This document shows, piece by piece, positions 44,472-54,205 of a DNA stretch of 64,000 nt. Under the pieces are notes generated by a model that was not told the origin of the DNA, did no database searches, and saw nothing but the letters and a program-made list of their open reading frames with translations. Every line of letters begins with the position of its first letter. Positions within the stretch are counted from its first letter, which is position 1. A program made the position numbers and the translations under genes. This DNA is from an uncultured Acidobacteriota bacterium (GTDB lineage: Bacteria > Acidobacteriota > Thermoanaerobaculia > Gp7-AA8), in contig CAWGHO010000001.1 in assembly GCA_963822445.1 (NCBI GenBank), forward strand, positions 544,001 through 608,000, read 5' to 3'.

Positions 44472-46187
44472 ATGAAGAACATACGATTTCTCGCCACCTC
44501 TTTTCTGATCATCCTGCTGTTCGCGGCCCCCGCGTGGGCGGGACACGTCGCCTGGGTCGACTTCTCCGACTTCGACCTCGACGCCTGGAATTCGGTGAAC
44601 GGCAACAATCCGCCGACGAACGCGGACCTCAGCGCCATCCGGCGACAGATCATCGCCGAGATGAGCGAGGACTACGCGACGTTCGACCTCCGGATCACCA
44701 CCTCGAAGCCCGCCAACGGGCGGTTCACATGGATCAGGATTCTCGATGAAGCCGCCGGCCAGACGCTCGGATGCGCGGGCCTAAGCTGCTGCCAGCAAGG
44801 CTTTTGCACCGGCATCGGCAGTTGGAACCTTGCGACCCAGAGCGCGCTGGAGGTGTACACCGGCACCTTCGCCAACCAGCCGGAGTTCATGAATGCGAAC
44901 GCCACCACCGCCCGCATCTCGAACGGCATCTCGAGCACGGCCAGCCACGAGCTGGGACACATCCTCGGGCTGTTCCACTGCCAGGCCGCCAACGACTCGT
45001 TCGAGGTCGGCTGCGACGAGAACGTCACCCCCATCGTCACCGATGACCTGAATCCGCGGTGGCACATCATGGCCAGCGGCGACTCGTGGGAGCTGACCGT
45101 GGAAGAACGGGCTTCGCGCGACCGCTTCTTCAGTCCTCACTCGGAACGGCGCGTGCTCGCCAGCGCGCTGCAGTTGCGCAATCACTTCGCGCCGCTCGCC
45201 AATCTCGACGAAACCTCGGACAAGCCCAAGGCCGATCTCACCTACGGCCGCCTCGCGGCGCCGACCACCGTGCAGTGGTTCGGGCGGATGTCGAGCGGCA
45301 ACGCATTCGGCAATTTCTCCGAGTGGAGCAGTGACGGCGGTGACGCGGCCGACATCTTCCTCACCGGCGACGTCGACGAAGACGGCCGCGCGGACCTCGT
45401 GTACGGCCGGGTCAAATCCCCGACGCAGGTGATCTGGTACGTCCGGCTCTCGAACGGCAGCGGCTTCGGCAAGTACTCCGTCTGGAGCGCCGACGCCGGC
45501 GACGCGGGGGACGTCTTCCGCCTGGCCGACGTGGACGCCGACGGAAAGGCCGATCTCGTCTATGGGCGAGCCATCAACCCGGGCACGGTGCGCTGGTACG
45601 TGCGCAAGTCGGACGGCAACAGTTTCGGGAGCTATTCGATCTTTGCTTCCGATGCGGGCGACGTCGGCGATCTGTTCTTCGTCGCCAATGTCGACAAAGA
45701 CAAAAAAGCCGATCTCGTTTACGCGCGGGCGATCGGTTCGACGCAGATGCAGTGGTTCGTACGCCGCTCCGACGCCGCCATGTTCGGACCGCTCGAGACC
45801 TGGAGCGAGGATGCGGGCGACCCGGGCGATCTGATGTACGTCGGCGATGCGAACATGGACGGGAAAGCCGACCTCGTGTACGGCCATGTGAGCTCCAGCC
45901 TCAATGTGACCTGGTATTTCCGCGCGTCGGACGGCTCCGCCTTCGGATTCCCGCTGACGTTCGCGAACGATGCCGGCGACGCCGGCGATCTGTTCCGGCT
46001 CGGCGACACCACCGGCGACGGAATGGTCGACCTTATGTATGGCCGCCCGTCCGGCCTGGTCAGTCTCACCGCCACGCCGAACCACGCCGCGGTCCGCTGG
46101 TACGGACGGTCCTCGCTGGCAGGGGCCTTCAGCACGGTTTCGACCTGGGCCAGCGACGCCGGCGACGAGGGGGACTGCTTCCCCTGA
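44472..46187 (+). CDS. Secreted metzincin metalloprotease with FG-GAP/VCBS-like repeats
   Basis: Signal peptide, HELGHILGLFH with Met-turn HIMAS, about 6 repeats of GDVDxDGxADLVYGR. Confidence 0.88.
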   Translation: MKNIRFLATSFLIILLFAAPAWAGHVAWVDFSDFDLDAWNSVNGNNPPTNADLSAIRRQIIAEMSEDYATFDLRITTSKPANGRFTWIRILDEAAGQTLGCAGLSCCQQGFCTGIGSWNLATQSALEVYTGTFANQPEFMNANATTARISNGISSTASHELGHILGLFHCQAANDSFEVGCDENVTPIVTDDLNPRWHIMASGDSWELTVEERASRDRFFSPHSERRVLASALQLRNHFAPLANLDETSDKPKADLTYGRLAAPTTVQWFGRMSSGNAFGNFSEWSSDGGDAADIFLTGDVDEDGRADLVYGRVKSPTQVIWYVRLSNGSGFGKYSVWSADAGDAGDVFRLADVDADGKADLVYGRAINPGTVRWYVRKSDGNSFGSYSIFASDAGDVGDLFFVANVDKDKKADLVYARAIGSTQMQWFVRRSDAAMFGPLETWSEDAGDPGDLMYVGDANMDGKADLVYGHVSSSLNVTWYFRASDGSAFGFPLTFANDAGDAGDLFRLGDTTGDGMVDLMYGRPSGLVSLTATPNHAAVRWYGRSSLAGAFSTVSTWASDAGDEGDCFP

Positions 46188-46233
46188 TGTGCGCGCTCGT
46201 GGCGCAGACGCGAGCGGCGTCTGCGCCACAGCT

Positions 46234-46782
46234 TCATCGTTTCGGTACGTACCGCATCGCCACCGCGCCCGAGCCGAGCTCCAGCCGGCTCACGAGCTTC
46301 AGGTCGATGGGCTTCGATAACCCCGCGAACAACGTCGGCCCATGGCCTGCAACCCTGGGGTGCACGATGAACTCGTACTCATCGATCAACCCCAGCTCCG
46401 CCAACACCAGCGGGAGCGTCACGCCACCGACGAACAGCCCCTTCCCCGGTTCGCGCTTGAGTTGCTGAACGGCCTTCTCCAGATCCCCGCGCACGAGCTC
46501 CGCGTTCCAATCGACATGGTCCAGGGTGCTCGACACGACGTACTTCTTTGCCGCGTCGATCGTGCGGGCGAAGGGCTCCATCCAGTCAGGCCTCGTCCCC
46601 GCCGGCGCCGGCCGCCGAAACGCCGTCTCCATCATTTCGTAGGTCACCCGGCCAAAGAGAAGGGCATCGGCCTGCACGAGGTTTTCGACGGCGTGACGGT
46701 GCAGCTCTTCGTCGGCGAAACTTTCACGATGATCGCAGCAGCCGTCCAGCGTGACGTTGATGGAATAGCGAAGGGGTCGCAT
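46234..46782 (-). CDS. Dihydrofolate reductase-like (RibD C-terminal) protein
   Basis: INVTLDG, LFGRVTYE, KYVVSSTL, LIDEY, G.GPTLF. Confidence 0.9.
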   Translation of the reverse strand: MRPLRYSINVTLDGCCDHRESFADEELHRHAVENLVQADALLFGRVTYEMMETAFRRPAPAGTRPDWMEPFARTIDAAKKYVVSSTLDHVDWNAELVRGDLEKAVQQLKREPGKGLFVGGVTLPLVLAELGLIDEYEFIVHPRVAGHGPTLFAGLSKPIDLKLVSRLELGSGAVAMRYVPKR

Positions 46783-47139
46783 TGCGCAACGGTAGCGCCG
46801 TAGTGGTGGACGAGCAACGATTGTCCTCCGGGGGGTGATCTCTAAACATGTTGTTCTCGAACGGGGACATGCAGCCGTCGCCACGCGCGAACCAGTTCAG
46901 GTCTAGCCCGATGTTGAAGAATGCCTGTACCGCCTCCGCTCTCAGTATCGACAATGGATCCGCGAAGTGGCGATGCATCCCGCCGGCGAAGCCTCGCCAC
47001 TGTAACGCCTCGCCGCGCAGGAAGCAGGGCGCGTAGAGCCAGAATACACACCGCCGCGGCGAGACCACTTCAAGCGCCGGAGGGGAGCCGCCGAAGGGCG
47101 CTATCGAAGTCCTCGGCTAACGTGCTGCCGTACAACGGA

Positions 47140-50100
47140 TCACTCCTTTTTCACTCGACCAGCTTGCTTTTCTGCTTGGATTCTTGTGATCGCCGCCCGC
47201 ACATCGGCTTCCCATGGGAATGGCTTCTCGTCGACTGGATTGTGAAGCGGGAGGGTCGGAATCGGGACGTTCATCTGCTGAAGCAGTTCAGCAGACTTAC
47301 TGAGTTCATATCGCCAGACGTACGGCTCGCCGTCGGCCCAAGCGCTTCTGTATGCGTCGAGTGCGTGCTTCTCGGCTCGCGCGTGATCGCCGATCGTGCG
47401 CCAAAGCAGCGCGATGTACCGATGCGCTGGATTGCGTTGACCGGACAAACGTTCCACCTCGTGCCGAGCTTCATCGGCGTGACGGAGCTGACCTAGGTGG
47501 AGCTTCGCAAGTGCTAGCCCTGCCTCAGACTGCTCATCCGTAAGCCGCCGTTCCCGCGCCATCCGCACAGCCTCATGGAAGCTGGCGGCCGCGATAGCCC
47601 ACTCGCTTCGCTCCAGTCGCCAAGCTCCGCGCAACGCATGTAGTTCTCGAGTTTCAGTTCGGTTCCTGCCTTCGACGGCCAATCGTTCTGCGGCGGCCAG
47701 ATGGTTTTCCTCTAGGGTTCCCTTCCAGAACTGCAATCGTGAAAACCAAAGCTCGGCCCTTCCCGGACGATAGATAGCACGGAATTTCGGGCGGGACATT
47801 CGCTCCAAGAGGTGCCACGTTGCCTCGCCGTCCGCCCATCGCCCAATCCGGACTTGGTCGGCGAAAAGATCCAGTCGTCCCAAGAAGATATAGTCGTGGT
47901 CCTCCATCGAGGTGGCGACGCCAAGGGCTAGGGAGTCGGTCCGGAAGGCCTTGGCTAGAAGATTCTGATTCGTGAGGGTGAGAGCGAAGTTCCTGAGTCC
48001 AACGGACAACATTCCCCACCGCCCCGCCTCCAGATCCGCCACAATCGCAGCACCGTAAGCGGCGAGGCTGGCGACTAGTTCGCCACAGTAGTGCAACGCG
48101 ACTGCGGCGTCATTCGCCAGCATGGAACCGATGCGCGAATCCAGACCTTTCGGAAGCTCTCCCCACCCGGCGGCGAAAAAGGGCCGAAGCAACGAAAGAC
48201 TCTCCGCATAACCTTCTACGTTCCAGAACAACGCACTCGCAAAAGCACTCCAGCTATTCGACGCCTCTTGCAGCCGCCCCAGCTTGAGGAGCGTACGGAC
48301 AACGTGCAGGCCGTGACCCATGTCTTCCAGTGTTTTGGCGTCTTTATAAGGGCTATAAGACATGGAGGACAAATAATCCACCACACGTTGCCCATAGCGA
48401 TCCTTTTCTTCCGTTTTCATGCCACCCGACGCAACACCCCGGACTACGGGGTGAAGGTCGTGCCGCCGTGTATGGCCGTCGTACTGAAGAAGACCGCGCT
48501 GCTCGAGATCCTTTACCGTGTCCGCTAGCTTGTCAGGCGCAAGATGAACAGCCGCCGACTCACGCCATGCTTGTACGGCCATCTCGTAGGAATGTCGTCG
48601 AGCGAGAGCAGCATCATAATCATCGACAATTCCCTTTTTGCGCTCGTCCGACAAAGATTCCCAGTACGAGTGCTCGTGTGGCAACTGTGGCTCATTTACG
48701 TACTCTGGTTCCGGCGGCATGTGGGGATTGAAGGCCGCAAGCGTCTGATAGTCAGCCGCCTCCGAGAGAAGCGCAAGAGTAGAAAGAAGCTCACGACTTT
48801 TCTCCGGGAGGGCATCCAACGCGGCGCGCAGGATATGGTTACGTCTATGGATGAGGTCGAGGGTGGCGAGGTTCAGCTTCGCGCCACCGTGGGAACCAGG
48901 ATCGGCCAACCAGGCGTCGAAATTTCCTTTGCCTGGCAGGTAATGTGTGATGAGGCCGGCAAGTACGCCGATTAGGAGCGGGTGGTTGTCACAGTTTTGC
49001 GCGACGTAGTCCTGCATGGCGGTAGAGTCGCCCGTGACGCCGCATGAGCGCAGGAGTTGTTCTGCATCCGTCGGCCGCAAACCAGGCAATGCGACACGCT
49101 TTGCACCGGGGATCGCCTGGCCGGAGGGATTCAGCAACGCGCGCGGCGCGAGCCGTGACGTCACAAGTATTTTCGAGGGCCTTGCTCCCGCGAGCGCGCG
49201 AAGCAAGCCGGCATCCTCGTCGCGAATTGTGTCGCACGGGTTGCGGTTGAGCACCTTATCCGTGGGGGCGTTCGCCTGCTCATCCGGCATTTCGGCGGCA
49301 TCCACATGGTGGTAGGCCACCAGCACACGCTCAAGACCATCGAGCACGAGCAGCCAAGGGTGTTCGTGAAGCTTTGCCATGAGATGTCGAGCCAACGCCG
49401 ACATGTTGACCTTCGCAAACTCCTCCAGCCGTGCATCGGTCATGTAGGCCAGCGCGTGGCGGCAGAAGTCCGCCATGTCGGCACCGCGTTCATAGAAGGA
49501 GTACCAGAACCGGCCAGCCCAGTCCGCGCGGACGGTGGTGGCGTGTCGCGTGGTCCATTCCCACGTGAGCATGCTCTTCCCATTGCCACCAATGGCTTCG
49601 TAGAGGAGGAGGTTCGTGGGGTCCGCCGCTCGTGCCCAATCACTGAGATCTTGCAACTGCGTGTCACGGCCGATGAACCTGTGCGAACCAATGTAATCTG
49701 GCTCGGCATAAAGATCAGGGGGCTCGGGGATCGGCCCTCGTTCAACGCCCGCCCGAATGACGGTGGTCGAATCTGACTGTGAAGGGGGACCAGGCAATAA
49801 CGAGCGGAGATACCGCGGAAGGCAGTCATGCGAGTCGCCGACGGAGACGGCGCAAATGTTGACATCGAGCTTGTCAAAGTGCGCTTGAAACTCCGCCACC
49901 TGACTCTGTCGCACCAGGCAGAAGTCCCAGAGTTCGGCCTGCCGGGCGCGCCGTCCGTAACGCTCCAGAAGCAACCCAAAATCAGGGTCGTTCAGTCCGT
50001 TGACACCGCAACCGATGTATACCCACGTCGTCATCTGCCAGACGGCCGCGAGTTCGTCTCGATAACGTTGGTCGCGCGTGATGCTCTCATACGACTGCCA

Positions 50101-50673
50101 ATCCAGGATCACCGACTCGGGTTGTCGCCAGTAGCCGTGGAGGAACATGATCTTGTCTGTTTCACGGTTGCGGGCCGCACGTAGAAATGCGTCGGTGTCC
50201 CTCCACGTCACGGGTTTGAGCGAGGTCGCATCGCCGAGGAGGAGACCGTCATAATTGGTGGTAGCGAGCAAATTTCCGTGCTTTCGAAGCAAGTCACATG
50301 CGTCGAGGACGCTACGGTCGTGAGCCGCGACGGTGCCAATTGTCCGCGCCAGCCAGTCAGCAAAATGTTTCGATTGCGTGCCGCCCAGGTGCCGCGTCAC
50401 GTCTTGCGCAGCGGAGATGAAATGATGAGTGTCCGAGTCACCTTGGAGCAAAATGAGATGCGCGTGCGCTCTGTCCTCAGAGATGAGTTCGCGCGCGCGA
50501 AGCCACTCCAGCCCGCTCTCTAGGAGTCCCGACCACGACGCCTGACGGTGCGATCGCCCTGTTGCCGGATCACGGGAGGCAGCAAGCGAGACGCCGCTAC
50601 CGGCCACTATTACAGCGCGGCCATCACGGATCGCGTCTTGCAATTCGACTTGCGGATTCGCCGGGTGTTTCAT
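47140..50673 (-). CDS. SIR2-like - STAND NTPase - TPR protein (Avs/NLR-like), putative defence
   Basis: VAGSGVS, TTNYD, FLHG, IGCG; FIGR...AIGGNGKS, LLVLDGLE, ILVTSR, NHPL; C-terminal helical repeats. More AT-rich than the flanks. Confidence 0.88.
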   Translation of the reverse strand: MKHPANPQVELQDAIRDGRAVIVAGSGVSLAASRDPATGRSHRQASWSGLLESGLEWLRARELISEDRAHAHLILLQGDSDTHHFISAAQDVTRHLGGTQSKHFADWLARTIGTVAAHDRSVLDACDLLRKHGNLLATTNYDGLLLGDATSLKPVTWRDTDAFLRAARNRETDKIMFLHGYWRQPESVILDWQSYESITRDQRYRDELAAVWQMTTWVYIGCGVNGLNDPDFGLLLERYGRRARQAELWDFCLVRQSQVAEFQAHFDKLDVNICAVSVGDSHDCLPRYLRSLLPGPPSQSDSTTVIRAGVERGPIPEPPDLYAEPDYIGSHRFIGRDTQLQDLSDWARAADPTNLLLYEAIGGNGKSMLTWEWTTRHATTVRADWAGRFWYSFYERGADMADFCRHALAYMTDARLEEFAKVNMSALARHLMAKLHEHPWLLVLDGLERVLVAYHHVDAAEMPDEQANAPTDKVLNRNPCDTIRDEDAGLLRALAGARPSKILVTSRLAPRALLNPSGQAIPGAKRVALPGLRPTDAEQLLRSCGVTGDSTAMQDYVAQNCDNHPLLIGVLAGLITHYLPGKGNFDAWLADPGSHGGAKLNLATLDLIHRRNHILRAALDALPEKSRELLSTLALLSEAADYQTLAAFNPHMPPEPEYVNEPQLPHEHSYWESLSDERKKGIVDDYDAALARRHSYEMAVQAWRESAAVHLAPDKLADTVKDLEQRGLLQYDGHTRRHDLHPVVRGVASGGMKTEEKDRYGQRVVDYLSSMSYSPYKDAKTLEDMGHGLHVVRTLLKLGRLQEASNSWSAFASALFWNVEGYAESLSLLRPFFAAGWGELPKGLDSRIGSMLANDAAVALHYCGELVASLAAYGAAIVADLEAGRWGMLSVGLRNFALTLTNQNLLAKAFRTDSLALGVATSMEDHDYIFLGRLDLFADQVRIGRWADGEATWHLLERMSRPKFRAIYRPGRAELWFSRLQFWKGTLEENHLAAAERLAVEGRNRTETRELHALRGAWRLERSEWAIAAASFHEAVRMARERRLTDEQSEAGLALAKLHLGQLRHADEARHEVERLSGQRNPAHRYIALLWRTIGDHARAEKHALDAYRSAWADGEPYVWRYELSKSAELLQQMNVPIPTLPLHNPVDEKPFPWEADVRAAITRIQAEKQAGRVKKE

Positions 50674-50967
50674 CGCTGAATTTTGGAGGTTAAGACAGCA
50701 GAAAACGATCCTGTATTATAGCCGCCGCTAATTCGGTAGGGTACCAGGCGATTTCCCGACCGATTGCCACTCCTACATCTCTCGCAAGCATGCGGCGCGA
50801 TGTAAGTGAGCGCTCCGATAAACGGAGTGTTCTACGCGTCTAACCGAACCGACCTTGTGCGGAGCGTAAAGCTCACAAGCTCTCCCCACCAGATCGGCCA
50901 GCGCTCCAACTAAATGCCCAGTTATGACCTGTCTCGTCCACGCGGCGTCCGAGACGCGATCGCACGG

Positions 50968-51026
50968 GGTTAGACCTCTGCCTGTCACACCGAGCGTCCT
51001 GGGTTCGAGGCCCGTTCGCCCCGCCG
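50968..51026 (+). pseudogene. Degenerate tRNA-Asp(GTC)-like remnant
   Basis: GGTTAGA D-loop piece, CTGTCAC anticodon loop, GGG-TTCGAGG-CCC T arm and CGCCCCGCC acceptor strand; stems mismatched. Confidence 0.65.
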
Positions 51027-51083
51027 TTAGTGATTCCGCGACCGCGAGTTGGCGGCTTCCTCGATCTGCTCCCCCGCTGCCCG

Positions 51084-52178
51084 CTAATCCGCTTTCCTGA
51101 GAAGTGTACCCGCCCTCTCGAGATCCAGCCTCCGCTCGCGTCGCGCCACGAACGCCTCTTCGAACGCGACCTGCACGATCGCGGCGACGGGGATGGCGAT
51201 GATCGCGCCGATGATGCCGAGGAGCGACGCGCCGATCATGAAGGCGATGAACACGGCCAGCGGCGAGACCTGCACTTTGCGCGACATCACCCGCGGGACG
51301 ATGAACCAGTTCTCCGCCTTCTGCAGCAGCACGGCGAAGATCAGCACGGCCCAGAACTGCCAGCGCGAATGCAGCAGGGCGATGGCCAGCGCGGGAACGG
51401 CGCCGACGGTCGGGCCGATCACCGGAATCAACTCGCCGACCGCGGCGATGATCGCCAGCGGCAGCGCGTACGGCACGCGCAACGCCAGCAGTCCGACGAA
51501 CGTCGTGACGCCGATGATCGCGCAGAGCAAAAGTTGTCCGGACAGCCAGGAGCTCATCTTCCGCGCGATCCGGCGCATGGTTCCGCGCCGCTCGCCACGC
51601 ACTTCGGGCGGGTAGATGAGCAGGAAGAGGTTCCGCAGCCGTTCCCCGTCGATGAGCATGTACGCGACCATGAACAACACCGCGAACACCGATGCGATGG
51701 CCGCGGCGGCGTTGCGCATGTAAGCGAAGACGCGCGACCGCGGAAGCTCGACGCCGTCGCGCAGCTCTTCGCGAACGACGCCCACGGGAACCCCGAATCC
51801 TGCCAGCGGTTCCAGGATATTGGTCTCGATGAGCGCCGGCAGCCGGTCGCCCAGCTCCTGAGTGTCGTGAATGAATCGCGGCACGATCACCACGCCGATC
51901 AGCAGGACCAGGAGCAGGAACGGCAGGTAGACGATCATCACCGCCGTTCCACGTGAGAGCTGTTTGCGGAAGTTGTAGCGCCACAGAATGCGCACGCGGC
52001 GCACCGCGGGAGAGATGCCCGCCGCGATGACCGCGGCGATGAAGATGAGCAGCAAGACATCGCGCGCGTTCCACAACAGAAGCGCCGCGGCGCCGGAGGC
52101 GAGGACGATCAGCACTTTGCGAGTGAAGAGCTCCAGCTCGCTGCGACCGGTTCCGGGAAGTCGGGTGAGTTGGGCCAC
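51084..52178 (-). CDS. AI-2E family transporter
   Basis: Multi-TM; WLSGQ, IPVIGP, ENWFIVPRVM. Confidence 0.9.
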   Translation of the reverse strand: MAQLTRLPGTGRSELELFTRKVLIVLASGAAALLLWNARDVLLLIFIAAVIAAGISPAVRRVRILWRYNFRKQLSRGTAVMIVYLPFLLLVLLIGVVIVPRFIHDTQELGDRLPALIETNILEPLAGFGVPVGVVREELRDGVELPRSRVFAYMRNAAAAIASVFAVLFMVAYMLIDGERLRNLFLLIYPPEVRGERRGTMRRIARKMSSWLSGQLLLCAIIGVTTFVGLLALRVPYALPLAIIAAVGELIPVIGPTVGAVPALAIALLHSRWQFWAVLIFAVLLQKAENWFIVPRVMSRKVQVSPLAVFIAFMIGASLLGIIGAIIAIPVAAIVQVAFEEAFVARRERRLDLERAGTLLRKAD

Positions 52179-52182
52179 TGGG

Positions 52183-52626
52183 TTATCCGAGGAACCGTTC
52201 GATGGCGGCCTCGACGTGACCTTTCGGGACGGCGCCGGTGACCCGGCCTTTTTCCGCGCCGTCGCGGAAGAAGACCAGCAGAGGAATGCCCTGCACGCCG
52301 AACGCGGACGCGGTGCGCGGGTTCTGATCGACGTTCAGTTTTCCGAAGCGCACGTCGTTCCGCTCGCGGGCCAGCTCTTCGATGACCGGGCCGATCATCC
52401 GGCACGGGCCGCACCACGCCGCCCAGAAATCGACGACGCAGGCGCCCGCGGCAATGGCCGAGCGGAAGTTCGCATCGGTGAGCTCGACGGGATGGCCGGT
52501 CTCGTTCGTCAGCGGCGCCTTGCAGCGGCCGCAGACCGCCCGCTTCCCGGCCGAAAGACGAGGTATGCGGTTGGCCTGGCCGCAGGAGGCGCAGCGGACC
52601 AATTCGCCGAGAGCGTCATTGCTCAT
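52183..52626 (-). CDS. trxC: Thioredoxin 2 with N-terminal Zn finger
   Basis: CASC...CGRC followed by WCGPC. Confidence 0.88.
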   Translation of the reverse strand: MSNDALGELVRCASCGQANRIPRLSAGKRAVCGRCKAPLTNETGHPVELTDANFRSAIAAGACVVDFWAAWCGPCRMIGPVIEELARERNDVRFGKLNVDQNPRTASAFGVQGIPLLVFFRDGAEKGRVTGAVPKGHVEAAIERFLG

Positions 52627-52666
52627 GCCGAGCACTACTGCGAAATCGAGGCCGTCCGCTGCCAGA

Positions 52667-53488
52667 ATGCGGCCTGTGATCAACACCGCCTCACGCGACG
52701 ATCTCCCCGCGCTGACCGAGCTCTTCCGAAGGGCGAATGACGCGCCGTACGACCTCTCCGTGGTGACCGAGGAGAAGTGCTTCGGACGGGGCATCGCCGG
52801 GGAGCCGATTCCGCGGATTTATGAGCGGGGCGGGCGGATCGTCGGCGCGGCGGTGACTTGTGGGAAGTGGCTGAGGATCCTCGCCGTCGATCGCGAGTTT
52901 CGGCGGCAGGGCATTGGAAGCGAGTTGTTGGCGGATGCGGAGTTGCTGGGGGCGAAGGTCATCGCGGCGGAACCGGGGAACTACTTCACGCCCGGAGTGC
53001 TGGACGGGGAGTTTTTCATCAAGCGCGGATATGTGGAGAAGGCAAAGACGTGGAATGTCGAGGTCGATCTGAGCGGCTTCGCCGCGACGGAAAGCGGTGG
53101 CAGAGCCACCGCACTCCAACGCGAGCGCGTGCTCGACTTCATCGAGCGCGAATTCGGGCGCATCTGGCGGTTCGAGGCGGCGGCGGCGTTCGATCAGGAT
53201 CTGCCCACGATCTTCATCGAGGAAGTGGACGGCGAGATCACCGGATTCGCCGCCCACGACGTCAATAATCGAGGCCTCGGATTTTTCGGTCCGACCGGAG
53301 TGAAGAAATCGATGCGCGGCCGTGGAATCGGCTGCAGGCTGCTGCGTGCGTCCCTCGCCGATCTGCGCCGTCTCGGCTACGAGCGCGCGGTCATTCCCTG
53401 GACCGATGCGCTCGACTTTTACGCGAAGTGCTGTGGCGCAAAACCCGCACACCAGTTCGTTGGGTTTGGCATAGACTCCGCGCCGTGA
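52667..53488 (+). CDS. Tandem GNAT acetyltransferase
   Basis: FRRQGIGS and MRGRGIGC acetyl-CoA motifs, PGNYFTPG, FFGPTGV. Confidence 0.85.
   Translation: MRPVINTASRDDLPALTELFRRANDAPYDLSVVTEEKCFGRGIAGEPIPRIYERGGRIVGAAVTCGKWLRILAVDREFRRQGIGSELLADAELLGAKVIAAEPGNYFTPGVLDGEFFIKRGYVEKAKTWNVEVDLSGFAATESGGRATALQRERVLDFIEREFGRIWRFEAAAAFDQDLPTIFIEEVDGEITGFAAHDVNNRGLGFFGPTGVKKSMRGRGIGCRLLRASLADLRRLGYERAVIPWTDALDFYAKCCGAKPAHQFVGFGIDSAP
53090..53119. repeat. Palindromic REP-like element in-frame in the GNAT linker
   Basis: GAAAGCGGTGGC-AGA-GCCACCGCACTCCAA, encoding ESGGRATALQ. Confidence 0.6.
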
Positions 53489-54189
53489 AAAAGACTGAAA
53501 AAAAGGAACGCAGAGCGCTGCGCAAAGGCAAGCGGCGACAGCACTTCCTCCCGCTGGCCATCGGCCGCAGCGGCGGTGTCGTCCTCGGCGCCCTGGCCTT
53601 CTGGTTCTTCAAGACGCAGGCGGACCATGTCGTCGAAGGACGCGCCGATCGCGTCGACGAAGCGGTGATGGAAGCGGTCCACAAGATCGACAACCCGCAC
53701 ATGGGCAGGCTCATGCACCTGGCCACGCAACTCGGATCGCACGCCGCCATCGGCACCGCCGCGGGATTGACGGCCCTGATGATGATGCGCCGCGGCCGCA
53801 AACATGACGCGTGGACGGTCGTCGTATCGACCGGCGGCGCGATGGCCATCAACACCATCCTCAAGAACATCTTCCGCCGCCAGCGGCCGAAGGAGCTGGC
53901 CCGCCGCATCAAGCTGCCGCGCTCGCACAGCTTTCCCAGCGGACACTCGCTGCTATCCGCGGCGACGTACCCGATCGTCGCTCACCATCTCGTGGAGAAC
54001 CACTCGCTGCCGGTGCAGGCCGTGGCCCATTCGCTGGCCGGCATGATCGTGCTGAGCGTCGGGTTCTCACGCGTGTACTTCGGCGTACACTTCCCGTCCG
54101 ACGTTCTCGGCGGATTTGCCGCCGGATTCGGCTGGCTCGGCCTGACCTCACTGTCACACACCGCGGCCGAAGCGGCGGACAACGACTGA
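53485..54189 (+). CDS. PAP2 family phosphatase
   Basis: K...RQRP, SFPSGH, SRVYFGVHFPSD. Confidence 0.92.
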   Translation: MKKTEKKERRALRKGKRRQHFLPLAIGRSGGVVLGALAFWFFKTQADHVVEGRADRVDEAVMEAVHKIDNPHMGRLMHLATQLGSHAAIGTAAGLTALMMMRRGRKHDAWTVVVSTGGAMAINTILKNIFRRQRPKELARRIKLPRSHSFPSGHSLLSAATYPIVAHHLVENHSLPVQAVAHSLAGMIVLSVGFSRVYFGVHFPSDVLGGFAAGFGWLGLTSLSHTAAEAADND

Positions 54190-54205
54190 CGGAAACTCAA
54201 CTCAA

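Noticed and set aside
45230-46180. DNA-level repeats in the metalloprotease gene (and in the kelch gene)
   Set aside because: Explained by protein propeller repeats
50673-50680. Extra TTCAGCGA half-site overlapping the SIR2-STAND start codon
   Set aside because: A single 8-mer is expected about once by chance in a window of this size
50820-50935. Integron attC-like cores (GTCTAAC, TCCAAC; also GGCTAAC near 47115) flanking the SIR2-STAND gene
   Set aside because: No paired R''/R' boxes with a convincing hairpin, no integrase and no cassette array
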